This document shows, one piece after another, positions 1 through 13,469 of a stretch of 64,000 nucleotides of DNA; the first letter of the stretch is position 1; each line of letters starts with the position of its first letter. The translations under genes and the position numbers were made by a program. The notes under the pieces were generated by a model. It had not been told where the DNA came from, ran no database searches, and saw only the letters and a program-made list of their open reading frames with translations. The stretch comes from Perna viridis (Eukaryota), in NCBI GenBank assembly GCA_037379345.1, contig CM074522.1, positions 14,074,001-14,138,000 of the forward strand, read 5' to 3'.

Positions 1-2270
1 TACACAGTACTCTTGAAGATCAATTAATACAGAAAAAATTAATAGGTATTTTTATTTATAAAATTAATGAAGTCAACAACAATATACTCCAAAAGTACTA
101 AATGACCATTTCATTAAGGCTAATAGACTATAGGAGTATCATTGATGAGCACAAAATCTACTGTAGCAATAAAAATAAATTACAAGGTGCTAGGCAAACC
201 AGTAGATTAAGAAGACCAAGAAAATTCAATGCCAGTTTGCTAAGAATTGACAGAGCAAAGACCTCTCTTGGAAATCTTTTTTCAAAGTATAATAGGTAAA
301 TTAATCAATTGAACAGAGAGGAGTTTTTTTCCCAGAATCCTGAAATCCCAATTTGATAAGTGATTGCCATAAGATTCTTCATATTTGCATAAAAAATTGT
401 ATATAGTGCCTAACCTTCATATCAAATTTCATCAAAATACATGAATGGTCTTCATGGGATTATCTCCCTTTACAGATACAATACAATAAATGGTATCAGT
501 GTTGTATTACATATTCCTGAGCAGGTGTACGTCAAAACGTGGAGGCTAAAAAATATAGTGCACTTCCTTTCTGCCTTTTCCTGTTTTTGTTTCTTGGCAA
601 ATGACTATCATTTTTCATCAAAAGTACAGGGTAAATATTAAGCTATGACACAAAAACATACTTGTTTTTTAGGAAAAACAGTAACTTCATGACAAATAAT
701 GCTTCAGAAAAGGGGTCTATTTTATGAACTCAAAATAAAAATTAAATGTAGAAAAAGTCTATTTTTAGTTTGACCTGTCCTGGTGTACCAAAGTTTGTGC
801 CTTTTTTTTTCTAAAGTGGACCTTAAAATTATATTTGACATTACCTTAATTGAAAAACATGGTCAAAGTTAGATTGAAACTCCTTGTCTATTTTTCAAAA
901 CAGAAGCCTATGGGGCAAAGAATACAAGACTGAGACCAAATATCTTCCTTCATGCACTTCTATAAATATAACCTTCTCAAATTTTCACCAAATGTCAGAG
1001 CATTTTTGGCAATTTCAACCTAACCTTACAGCACTATCCCTAATATCAATTAAAGTATGGAACACAATGACAGCTAGTACTAATCTACATTCATACATCC
1101 ATTTATCACCAAGGCAAGATCCCTTTTGTAGTATGCATTTATACCTATTTAATTTTTTGCTGTTTAAGAAGATTTTATGGCTAGAGATAACCCCAACATT
1201 TCATAAATGAGAGATGACTTTGATGACTATTGAAGCTTGGTACATCCAGGGACAGTACTCTTCACTGATGTTTACCAAAATAAGCATAAAATCACAATAA
1301 ACAAGGTATAAAGACTTAAAAAAGGGCACATCACCGTGACAACAATACTTTGATCAGCAAACTTAAACCACAGATGTCTTTTGATATTGAGTTAATGCAT
1401 GGAATGGTCTTTTCATATTTTCCTTTTGGGATGTTATATACTTTGGTTGAATATAATAAAAAGCTCATCATTTGCCTAAGCCCTTTAAAAAAGTTTTTTT
1501 TCAACAATATTAATACAAGAATAGTTTTGATGGTTTTTTTTATCTTTCTAAAAGTACTTAACATGTACTGTGATGATAATTTATAGCTTTTTTCATCAAT
1601 CATGTTATTTGCATGTAATTTTTAATATTTTCATAAGAACATGTATTATTCAAACAAACTGTTTCTACAAACAGTTCACCTTTCCAACATCATTATTCAA
1701 ACATTATGTTTTTTTTTTTATTTTTAACTAGGAGGAATTCCTCTTGTAATGCACAGAATTCAATAAACATGCAACTCATTCAAGGGCAATAACTCATAAA
1801 ATTAGACTTTCATATTGAATACAGTTTTGAAGATATTTATAAACACCTGCATGTTCTAAATAAAACATCTTCATCTATTAAACTTTTTAGCATGTATAAT
1901 CAACAAAACCAGAATTAAATGCTTCCTGACACAAACTGAAAATGTACAAATATTTGCTATTTTCACAGTTGACAGATAAAAATAAAATATAGTCCTGGTA
2001 AAATTGATTTTTAACGCTGTGAAACGATAATCATTTTTTGAAACCACAAAAATTTATTCCAGCAACTATGTTCACTTGACAGAATCTGAAAAAAATTATG
2101 TTTTCAATAACTCAAAAAATGTAAAATCAGAAATCTATAAAATTAAAAAGGGAGATTAATTTTCCAAAGCCTTATCAAAATTGATGGAAGTGTTTTTGAA
2201 TTGCTGTGAGAAGTTTAAATAAAGGGCAGACAGACAGATGGACAATGGAATACCATGATATATCTATACA

Positions 2271-2917
2271 AAAACAACTAAAGGCTCTCGAAGAGCCTGA
2301 ATAGCTCACTTGGCAATCATGACGAATCATTTTGAAAATTATGGCATAGCTCCATCCTCATGGTGAACAATATTACCCTCTATCAGAATTTTGCTAAATT
2401 ACCATTTTTCTAGTTATTTGCAAAAAATATAATTTGACCCTTATGTTCAATTTTAAGTAACAGAAGCCATTTTTTTCATGGATCAAAAATCGAAACAGAA
2501 ATTTTGTGCAGGATACCCTAAGAAACAATCATACCAACTTTGAATTCTTTAAAGAGGTTTCTGAAAAGAAAATTTTTGAAGGTAATAACACAAAAAACAG
2601 CAAAAACTTTTCAAAAATGGCTGCTGAGCCCTATTATTCCATCAGAGTTTGGATAAACCTAAAGGTTTTGGAGATACATGCAAGAAACTGCTGCCTAACC
2701 CCTATCTTCTATTTTTAGTAATGGCAGCCACGTTTGTCTATGGATCAAAAACCCAAACAGTCTTTTTGTGCAAGATACCCTAATAAACAATCATGCTAAG
2801 TTTCATCCAAATCCATCTGATAGTTTCAGAGGAGAAGGTGTTTGCAAATATGTTAATGACGACAACAGACGCAAAGTTATGGCAACAGCTAATGTGGCCT
2901 ACAGCCAGGTGAGCTAA
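2271..2917 (+). mobile_element. Pearl/CvA-type (Helentron-like) non-autonomous element
   Basis: 5' AGGCTC...GAGCCT hairpin, duplicated internal core, GAC-type microsatellite and 3' palindrome ...TGGCCTACAGCCAGGTGAGCTAA; same layout at 6554-7175 and 21772-22245. Confidence 0.65.
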
Positions 2918-4619
2918 TAAAAATAGATCATTGCAACATACATTTTCATGTTGTACAACATAGCTGGAAAGAAAAAAGACAGCTAGGTCCAGATATTAAG
3001 TTGATGACAGTCTAAGTCATACCCCATTTAACAAATAAATCCCAATCCTACAAGATAACATGCCAGTGGACAGAAATTTCTCTTTCAATCAGTGACAAAA
3101 GCTACCCTACAATAATTCCCCCATAAATCACCTTCTCAGTCTAATTCACAGTCATCTGATTATAGACTTCTAATTGATCATATACAGGTGGGGTTCATAT
3201 CTGGCTGTTCATCTTGGGGCCATAAAAGGGATAAACACATCACATTATATACAGGCATTACCAGCGCAGGTCCCCATGTCAGGTTTAAATGAATTAGGAA
3301 AAGTAGATGGCAATACCACATGATGTAGAGTCTTCCATTTTTATACAAAGAGAAGCTGACATGGTTTCAAAATAAACCAGAAATACAATAAAACATAATT
3401 TTCAGTATTTCTGCCTTTATCTTACCCTTGAATGCAAATCTTGAATAATGAATAATGTTTAAAAACCTACTAAATTGTAATCTCACATTTAATTGTTCTC
3501 CTGAAATAATCAATAAAATGCCCTTAATATCAAGATATAGGGGTAAATATGAGCACACTATCTATGCAAATGTCAACCATAAAGATGGCAAATTATTGCC
3601 TCAAAATTCTGCCAAAATAAATTAATATGGCAGAGATAAAAAAAAATCAGATGAAAACTAGAATCACTAAATTGGTACTCCCATAATTTGATAACATGCA
3701 CCTTTGATCAAAATCTACAATAGGTAGTGGAAAATGGGAGTATGTAATAAAGATTCTGTGAAAGTTTCATTGATTTCCATTCAGTAGTGTAGGAGAGATG
3801 GATATACTCTGTGAAATGGAAGTACAAACTGAAGGAAGGATAGAACTATAAACCCCTCACTTTGCAAATGGGGGTATAATAACTACCAGTAATTGGGAGG
3901 GGGCATGCAAGAGTGGTACATGAAGTAGTATCATATCTGTGAGTCTTGATCAGAATCCTGAGTCTGCGATAAGACGTACTTGGAGTGTATGTATAGTATT
4001 TATGTAGTAACATTATTATTCGGAGAATGTCAGATGACAAATGTAGATTCTGTCAAAACATGAATGGCTCAAAACTGTTCTATTAGAAGTGAAGTTTTTT
4101 TTAAGTAACTAATGTCAGCTGTTTTAATGGCTTAACGGTTTTACCGTTACAGGTCTGGGCACAGCACGACAAGGATTAAAGTACAATACATAATGCTTGT
4201 AAGTTTTTTCCCCCTAAAAATTATTTTCTAGCAGTTCAGCCAAATTAAACAGATTAACAAAAAAAACAGAGACCTACAGGAAGATAATTTCTTATATACA
4301 CAGGACCTTTGAAACAAGGTTACGAGACCAATTCAGATTAAAGAGACATTTTTCTTCTCTTTTTTTTTTCTTTTTAATAAATTTCCCCTTATTTAACCCC
4401 AGGCTGTCAATTATACAATGTTGGGTCAAGAGGTATATGATGGTCACCCAGGTAATAATGACCAATGACTTGGGGACAATGGTCTAACATGCTCCATTTA
4501 GATTATTGACTAAGTTAATTAATTTGTTCAGATTTCTGTCATAACTCCAACCAAGTTGTTTATAGCTAATCATGACTGTGGTAAAGCATTTGATAGATTA
4601 AATTGTTTTGTTTATTGCT

Positions 4620-4815
4620 TACTGTAAATGTATTAATTTTTTTTTGCAGTTGCTAATTTTTGCAGATTCTGTCAATTGACTATTCTCCAGTATCAATTTT
4701 TGCATTTTTAAATAATGATTACTGCTATACAGTGTTAAAAACCAAATTAACTGGTACTATTTTTCACATTTTTCTGTCCACTGCGAAAATAGCATAAGTT
4801 AATACTTTTACAGTA
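4620..4815. mobile_element. TA-flanked MITE
   Basis: TIRs TACTGTAAATGTATTAA / TTAATACTTTTACAGTA (1 mismatch). Confidence 0.7.
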
Positions 4816-5019
4816 TGTAAATGCAAATGGCAACATAGCAATGAAAGACAAATCATATTTTTTATTTCAATGCATTCATATGCAATACTGATAGTTAAGA
4901 AATTCCTGTTTTATGGGTTTTTTTGGGGTTTTTTTTGGTAGATTTTCATTTTACATTGTGCTACATGAATGTAAATTAAACGCCTGTGAATCAACAATGG
5001 CACTCACCCCTAACCTGAA

Positions 5020-6056
5020 ACCCACGACTACTCCCTTGAATATCTGAATGTCTGAAGCACAGCAGTTATCTATAATATCCAATCCCTAAAGTGAAATCCT
5101 GGTCCAGTCCTTTCAAATGTCTGAATGTCTTAGACAAAGCAGTAACCAATTCCACCCACCCTAACCAGAAATCCTGGACCAGTTCCTTCAAATGTCTGAA
5201 TGTCTTAAACAAAGCAGCAACCAATTCATACCATTCCTAACCAGAAATCCTGGATCAGTGCCTTCAAATGTCCGAATGTCTTAGACAAAGCAGAAACCAA
5301 TTCCACCCACACTAACCAGAAATCCTGGATCAGTGCCTTCAAATGTCTGAATGTCTTAGACAAAGCAGAAACCAATTCAACCCACCCTAACCAGAAATCC
5401 AGGACCAGTTCCTTCAAATGTCAGAATGTCTTAGACAAAGCAGTAACCAATTCCACCCACACTAACCAGAAATCCTGGACCAGTTCCTTCAAATGACTGA
5501 ATGTCTTAGACAAAGCAGAAACCAATTCCACTCACCCTATCCAGAAATCCTGGATCAGTGCCTTCAAATGTCTGAATGTCTTAGACAAAGCAGAAACCGA
5601 TTCCACCCACCCTAACCAGAAATCCTGAATCAGTGCCTTCAAATGACATAGTAGTAACTAATTCAACCCACTCCTGACCAGAAATCCTGGACCCATGCCT
5701 TCAAATGACTGAATGTCTTAGACAAAGTAGTAACCAATTCCACCCACACTAACCAGAAATCCTGGACCAGTGCCTTCAAATGACTGAATGTCTTAGACAA
5801 AGTAGTAACCGATTCCACCCACACTAACCAGAAATCCTGGACCAGTGCCTTCAAATGACTGAATGTCTTAGACAAAGTAGTAACCAATTCCACCCACCCT
5901 AACCAGAAATCCTGGACCAGTGCCTTCAAATGACTGAATGTCTTAGACAAAGCAGTAACCAATTCCACCCACCCTAACCAGAAATCCTGGACCAGTGCCT
6001 TCAAATGACTGAATGTCTTAGACAAAGCAGTAACCAATTCCAACCACCCTAACCTG
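5020..6056. repeat. 75-bp minisatellite, about 13-14 copies
   Basis: Unit AAATCCTGGACCAGTGCCTTCAAATGACTGAATGTCTTAGACAAAGCAGTAACCAATTCCACCCACCCTAACCAG; one copy has an internal deletion near 5648; explains the 25-aa-periodic ORFs. Confidence 0.95.
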
Positions 6057-6553
6057 AGCAATTAACCTTGAGTCATTTCTGATATTGAAAAAACCTATCA
6101 TACTTTACCAACCTCATTACACAGGTATTGGGTACCTGTCAATTGACCTAGTTTCTAATGTCAGCCAATATCAATTAATCAGACATGAATATAACACTGT
6201 ACACCACAGTTGGTTGGAGATTGCACTGCAGTCAGTAAACAATATAGCACAATGCATCCATAATCTAATTGATTAGAGAATTGGTTATGTTTGATACAGA
6301 ATTGTTTTCTCATCTATCTGGCTGGTAGTGACAACAACCAATCTAATTAAATGAATTTCAAAGTCATTCAAATTATATAGATGAAAAATAATAACGTCAA
6401 GATGACTCAAAAACTGATATTTTAAGGGTTTGTAATGATATGATACATCCTATGATTAAAATCAATAATGAAAATCATCAAGGGCAACCATGTAAATAGA
6501 TGCATGTAATAATTGTAGAGATATCTACTGTTGCTAAGTACAAGAAAAACTGA

Positions 6554-7175
6554 GAACAAAGCTCACTTGGTGATACCCCCCACTCCCCTACCTAAACACC
6601 ATATAAAAACCTAACTACAGGCTCTTTACAGCATGAATTTTTCACCTGCCTTGATAAGGTACATTTTTTTGTGTGTAAAAACCACTATGTTTTTTCATGG
6701 ATAAAAAATCTAAACACTAATTTTTTGCAGGATATCCTAAAGAACAATAATATGAACTTTCATGAATTTTGTCACGTAGTTCCTGAGAAAATTTTTTTTT
6801 TTTAAAAATAGACCAAAAAATGTTAAAGAAGGCAATTACTCAAACAGGTTAATAAATTTTCAAGACAATTTGACCATAAATAGATCTAATCGTGTTGAAC
6901 ACTTTGACCATCCCAGAATTTGACTCCACCTAATGGTTTTGGAGATATATGCTATAACTGCTTTTTGATCCCTATGTTCTATTTTCAGTAACAGCAGCCA
7001 TGTTTTTTCACAGATATCAAGTGCAAATACTTTTTTTGTGTGCATTATACCCAAAGGAATAACCATGCAACATTTCATTGAATTCTGTCCAGTAGTTTAT
7101 GAGGAGAAGATTTTTAAAAAATTGTGAACGGACATCAGCAATAGCTCACATGGCCTTTGGCCGGGTAAGCTAAAA
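6554..7175 (+). mobile_element. Pearl/CvA-type (Helentron-like) non-autonomous element
   Basis: Same core (CCCTATGTTCTATTTTCAGTAACAGCAGCCATG) and 3' hairpin ATAGCTCACATGGCCTTTGGCCGGGTAAGCTAA. Confidence 0.6.
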
Positions 7176-8946
7176 AGTTACTCAGAAGGGAACAAATAGG
7201 AAATGCACAAACGAATCCTGTGATAAAGAATGTGTAAAAGTTTCATTATTTTTGAATTGTCTGTTTTAGAGGAGTTGTGGATTAGAATTGGGGATGGACA
7301 GACAAACAAACAAAGGGACTGACAGCATGATCACTAGATACCTCCTGCTTTTCAAGCCGGTAAATACTGTAGTGAAACATGACTAAGTTGATATCCAAAA
7401 ACAGCAAGAATCAAATGCAATGTATGCCTCATTTACACAAAGCCAAAAACCAAACTTAAAATCAATCAATCCATTGGAAACGGAGATAGTTATGACAAAA
7501 TTTCAGATGGACAGAAAGAAGGACAGATGAATGGAAAATATGATTCCAATGAGTGAATTATAAAAATATAATTGAAAAGACGGAATTTTCTGCCAACATC
7601 CTTTTATGAAATCACAAAAATCAAGCAGTTTTGAGTTTTGAAGTGTAGATGGTCAAACAAGTGTACACCATGATTCATCAGTCAACTTGACAATACAAAT
7701 TATCATTTCAAGATGCTGCAGTTTTTTCCACATCAAATACCACAGTTGCAAATTCAATGTAGTCAAATACTAGATCACAACAAAGCTTGCAAAACGCTCT
7801 TCACCAAGGTAGACTTAAACATGAAGGAAACTTGAGATCTAGGTAGGTTTACTGGAACGTGAGCTGTCAAGCCATATAATACCATGAGAGATAATACAGA
7901 AAAGAAGTTATGGTTATGAAATGACTGGTTACCAAGGTTTCAATCCAAACCATCCTATATCTTTATGATAAAGTATAATAAATAATTGACAAGGGCTAAA
8001 GAAGTCTGCAAAATATTGAACAGTAGGCAAACAGAATACCAGAAAATGTCAACTTTATCAGCCTCTCCATTTTCAACAATTCATTGTTTTTTTACGATCA
8101 GCTTCAAGGCAAATGATAAAAGAACAGGATCATTTACAAGTCAAAACAAACATTAGACTGGAGGGTTAGCGGAGGATGACGCAGATTGTGTTCTTCTTTA
8201 TCATCCAAACTAAATGTCATTGGTGTTGTCAAGTTGTCAAAGTCATTGAAACAAAGTAGCATAATTACCAATTAATATTCAAGCCCTGCAACAAATTGAT
8301 GGGGCATATTATATTGATTTTAGTCTGTATGTCTGTCTGCTGATTAATTCCTCCACCAGGCAAAAGTTTTAGAATTGTGGTAATTCATTATCACTTTCTC
8401 TTGTGATGCCATCAGACTTTTTGATGCAGAAATTAAAGGTTTCTATGTGTCAGAACACATTTTTTATTGGCAATACTTGTTACTAGCAAAACCTTGGTAT
8501 AACAATGTGCTGAAGCATTTTACTTGACAATTGACATAGTACAAGTTTATGAAACTGTACAGTATTATCAAATACACAATTTATTATATGCAGGCACTTT
8601 CCCTGCAGTTGCCTACATTATACTATTTGAGGACCATGGTCAAAAGTGTTGCTTAAAGTCAGTAAAATATAGAGGCAACAGAAAATTTTCATCGATCAAG
8701 TAGTCTTCCAAATGCTTTCAGATTCGAGTAGTAACATACATAAAGCTGTGCTTTGTTTTAATTAATCATATGAAAAAATCAAAGGTTCACTTTAATCTAA
8801 GTTAAATGAAATTCTCATCTAGGAGGAAGTTGATTTTACCCTTGGAAAGTTACAATGAATCACTAATAAAAAGAACATTGATATTATTTCAAGAAGGCAG
8901 AGCTTGAATCTATGACTGTCTGTATACAAAGACCTATTTATTTGAC

Positions 8947-9130
8947 ATATAAAATAGGAGATGTGGTATGATTGCCAATGAGATAGTCATCCACCAAATA
9001 CCCAGCAATGAACAATTTAACTTCTACAGGTCCCTTTAAGGTCCTCAATAATGGGCAAAACTCGTACCATAAAGCAAGCTGTAAAAGGCCCCAAAATATA
9101 TGATGTAAAACCATTCATAAAGAAAAAAAG
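8947..9130 (+). repeat. Fragment of an abundant mussel-type interspersed repeat
   Basis: GATGTGGTATGATTGCCAATGAGA motif, recalled as a common Mytilus repeat; no search performed. Confidence 0.45.
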
Positions 9131-9227
9131 TCATTTTTTGTAAGGGTAACCAACAGGACAGCAACAATCAATGACAGATTTATGGTCCAATGCATAGCTT
9201 ATTTTCTACACTACCAACCATGGCAGG

Positions 9228-9992
9228 TACTGTGGTTTCATTTTTATTCTTAGGGTATCTATTTTCATAGATCTTGTGGGTGGTGTGGAACAAAGAAATC
9301 AAGAATTAAATGAACATTTATCTCTGTCAAAGAATGTCAACTAAGATAGAAAGACTTAAAATCTCAGCAACCAACACGTACAAATGAGCAAGAAGCTATA
9401 TCTATCGGTTAACATACTGTCACCCCTTAATTATTAATTAATGACTAATCAATTGTGTATTTGCAATAATTAGTCTTCGTGAAACCTTAGATTGAAAAGT
9501 CAGTTTATTATTAAAGTGGTGGTCAGTATTGCCGGCTGTTTCCAGCTCTTCACTAACTGGCTTTCGGTAAATTTGGATTTTACTATCTTTGCTCAACTTT
9601 GACCTAGCTATGGCACATGAATTTTTTCATTCAAAAGAATTTTCACTTTCCAGAACTTTTACTCATTAACAAGGAAATAAAAACGGGAGTCATAATTTCC
9701 TTACAAAAGTGTCATATGCGTAACTCCAATTCGTTGATAAAACTAATTCAGTCTCCTTTGCCAGTGTTTCAAAACAAGTATTTGCAAAAAAAGTTAATAC
9801 TTACAAATGTTTGTATTTAATACCCTGCAGAAAAGGCCTTGATTAGAAAATAATTTTACCAGATATGCATAGAAATCAGAATTTATACATTTTAATTGAT
9901 CCACAAATCACAAAGTCAAGTACCCAAACGAAATATCTTTTTTCCTCTACTCACAAAAATAGATACCCATGAAATTAAATGAAACCACAGTA
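9228..9992. mobile_element. TA-flanked MITE with a probable nested insertion
   Basis: TIRs TACTGTGGTTTCATTT / AAATGAAACCACAGTA plus subterminal inverted matches; much longer than related copies. Confidence 0.7.
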
Positions 9993-10019
9993 TTTCTAGT
10001 AGAGAACTAGGATACATTG

Positions 10020-10531
10020 CATCATGTGCACTGTACTTGGTCCATGCAAGCATGCTTCTGGTATTTTAATGGTCTAAGCATATCCTAATGGTGCACCTAG
10101 TCTGACATGGACTAGGTGCACCATTAGAGTACGCTCAAAGGTGAATTTGAGCATACCTAATGATGCACCTAGTCCATGCATGCTGCCAGTGTTTTGGGGG
10201 AATCTGAGCTTAGCCTAATAGTGCACCTGGTCCATGCAATGCTGCCAGTGTTTTGGGGGAATCAGAGCATAGCCTTATGGTGCACCTAGTCCATGCAATC
10301 CTGCCAGTGATTTGGGGGAATCAGAGCATAGCCTTATGGTGCACCTAGTCCATGCATGCTGCCAGTGTTTTGGGGGAATCAGAGCATAGCCTAATGGTAC
10401 ACCTAGTCCATGCATGCTGCCAGTGTTTCGGGGGAATCAGAGCATAGCCTAATAGTGCACCTAGTCCATGCATGCTGCCAGTGTTTCAAGGGAATCTGAG
10501 CATAGCCTAATAGTGCACCTGGTCCATGCAT
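10020..10531. repeat. 58-59-bp minisatellite (about 6 good copies plus degenerate ones) with one inverted segment
   Basis: Unit GCATAGCCTAATAGTGCACCTAGTCCATGCATGCTGCCAGTGTTTCRRGGGAATCWGA; perfect 18-bp inverted repeat at 10085-10102 and 10110-10127. Confidence 0.92.
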
Positions 10532-11797
10532 ATGGTTCAGTCCTCATTAATGGTTTGATTCCTGTGTCTTTCCCTTCAGTACCTTTTTGTTGTCAGATTT
10601 AACTATTATCATTTTATGTGAACTGATTTTTGAAGATTTTTTTTTTTTTTGAAGAACTTTTTGGTAATGCCTGAACAGTATAACAACTCAAAAACGTAAT
10701 AGACTAGTTATGTAAGGCATTTTGTATGGTAAATGCTTTTCACCATAGAGAATCAAGTGGCTGTTACTGAATAACTTGACTGAGTTGTTATAAATAACTT
10801 TAAATCTAACCTTTCTACATTTATTTTTTCCTTCCCAGATACATGTGCATGTACACAAATTTAGTTGCTACAAATAAAACCAAAAAAAAAATATGCATCT
10901 GTATACAATAGATAGTCCCAAGAGGATATTAAAACCATTTCAATGTTTGCTCATAAGCAACTTTAGGTAAATAAAAGCCAGAAGACAAACCATGCCCTAT
11001 AAACAGAATGTATCACCACAACAAATAAATGTAAGTTTAGAAACAGAAATCTAATCTATGTAGCCTTATGATCTTATACTGCTACATCAAAAGGATGAAC
11101 TATAGTAACCAATCGTTTGCACAGACTTGTCGTCAAGGCTCCCTTCAAAACAAGACATTAGGCAACCACAATATGTATCTTGCAATAAAATTAATCAAGC
11201 TCAGCACAGAGAATCACATGATTAAAGGTGGAAGCCGTGATCAGTGAAGTGTATCCAATAAGGATTTAATTCCAACATGCTAATGAAGTGATAGCTAATG
11301 GCAGACAATAATGATCTAGTTAACACATAACCTTTTCATGAAAAACATTATTTCTACAGTAATATTGGACAGTTCTGACATTAGGGAATTAAGGACAGGC
11401 AGTATGGGAAGGGAAAAGTTCGGATGATACTTAACCTTTCTATTTTCTAGAATATAATTAATAGCCTTCCATAAGATCAAACCAATTTTGTACGAGACTC
11501 CCAAAGGAATTTGATCATAACTGACTATAAAAATGGCTATGAGTAAAACTATACCTAAGTAAAATTGTTCATTAATTGGAAACTTTAATCAGTAAAATGA
11601 TTGGCTAATGATTAGATTCAGAATGCCACCTGAAGCAGTCATTATAAACCAGATCAAAAGCTCCAACTTCTGATCTACCAGAACAGAAGAATGATATTAT
11701 TATCGTATTAATATTTATCATCATAGTACTAATATCCTGGTATAACTGTAGGAGAAAGTAATACTTCACTGAACTAACATGCAACATACATTATATC

Positions 11798-11971
11798 AGG
11801 GGTTCAAACTTACTTTCAAGACAGATAGGTCCTTGACATCGTAAATGAAAGGTCTAACAAAAGAAAATGAAGGTCAACACTAAAAGTTAATGTAAAGTAT
11901 GGTCGAGGACCTTGTAAAGTTTCAGAAATTGAGGGTTCTAGACCTTGGACCAGCACTAATTTGAAACCTTG
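11798..11971. mobile_element. Short hAT-like MITE
   Basis: Imperfect TIRs CAGGGGTTCAAACTTA / TAATTTGAAACCTTG; no clear TSD. Confidence 0.4.
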
Positions 11972-13368
11972 CATGTCAAACCTTCATTGTACCCTAACCT
12001 CTACAAATATTAAAGGCATGCTTCTTGAGACTTGAAGGTCAATTAAGACCAATTTTAATACTTTTGATCACGTTACAATAAACATTTCTAGTATTTCATG
12101 ATATCTGATTTTGCCATGTAAGCTAGAAACAAAATGAATTACTTATAGCCTTTTGTGAACAAAGATAACAAAGTGAGGGGATAAGTTTCAATCATCTTTC
12201 AAAAAATGATACTTTCACATTTGTCAAACTTATCAGTCTTAAAAAGTAATTACGTCTTTGTCAATTGATTAATTACGCTCTACTAATGAGATCAATAATC
12301 CTATAAATACATGTCTTCTTATCTTGGAGAACAAAAGATACTAAGGACCCATAAAGAGGATTTTAACCTAAGAACCTTCAATGTAACAATGAAACTTAGA
12401 ATAGGTTCATCAACATATCTGCAGTAGAAATATTGACTTCAGTACTTTCACTGAAGCTAGGAGGAACTTCATCATTTTTTTCCTTGATAGGACATTTCAC
12501 TTATTTAACAGTTTTTTTTTTTAAGAAATCACTTCCACTGAGGCTAGGAAGATGTTAACATGTTTTCTCTCGATAAGACATTATACCAAATTTATAATTA
12601 AAAAATTTCACTCCCACTTTGAAATTGATACCAGACAGTGTAAAGGAATCATGGTGTCCATTGATCCGCCATATTGTCTGTTCATACCTTTTTCATTCCT
12701 GTTTTTTTTCAGCAAATACTAATCATGGCCACCTGATATTTTTACAGGAGTTTTCCTTTTCATGGGATTTAATTTCAGACTCAAGCAACATCAACTTCCT
12801 GCTTAACAATATATTTTGACCATACAGTTTCTTGGATGGGCAGTTTGTATAATTCTTAAAGGAATCAGTTTACTAAGCTGTCTATTTTGCCCATCAGTAA
12901 AGACAATTTAGATATCATGTTAAAATTCTCTGAGTCAACTTTCTTTCCTAATGGATAAAGAAATCTCTATCATTAATTCATTAAGGAAAATATTTCTTCT
13001 TTAAATGGCTTTTGAACAATTCATAATCGTTGAGAGATACTTCGCCTAATATAAAGACAGATTTCTATAATGCATTTTGAAGAAGATAATCAAGCCAAGG
13101 TAAGCAAATTCAATTCTAGGTTTGCATACTTTTACAACAATTTTAACATACTCATAATGCCATTAATAAATGCTACGGTAAAAGGTTCATTAGAAAAAGT
13201 TAAATGAACCATAGATTGTCTTTCCTTTGATTTTATTTTAATTCCCTCATTTCACCAACATCAGAAAAGTTTGAATACCAATCAACTCAAAAAACATGCA
13301 AATTATCTCATTATCATTCTATAAATATTGTAGAAATGTACAAATATAGTACACAAACTAATTGTGCC

Positions 13369-13469
13369 AACCTAAACACCAGCACTATAAAGTATCATTC
13401 AATTCATGCTCACACTAACAACCTAAACACCAGCACTATAAAGTATCATTCAATTCATGCTCACACTAA
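13369..13469. repeat. Tandem duplication of about 52 bp
   Basis: AACCTAAACACCAGCACTATAAAGTATCATTCAATTCATGCTCACACTAA occurs twice. Confidence 0.9.

Noticed and set aside
5226-6061. ORFs of 63 and 132 aa with a 25-aa repeat, as standalone genes
   Set aside because: They arise from a 75-bp unit (multiple of 3); other copies carry stops and a deletion, and the starts are TTG.
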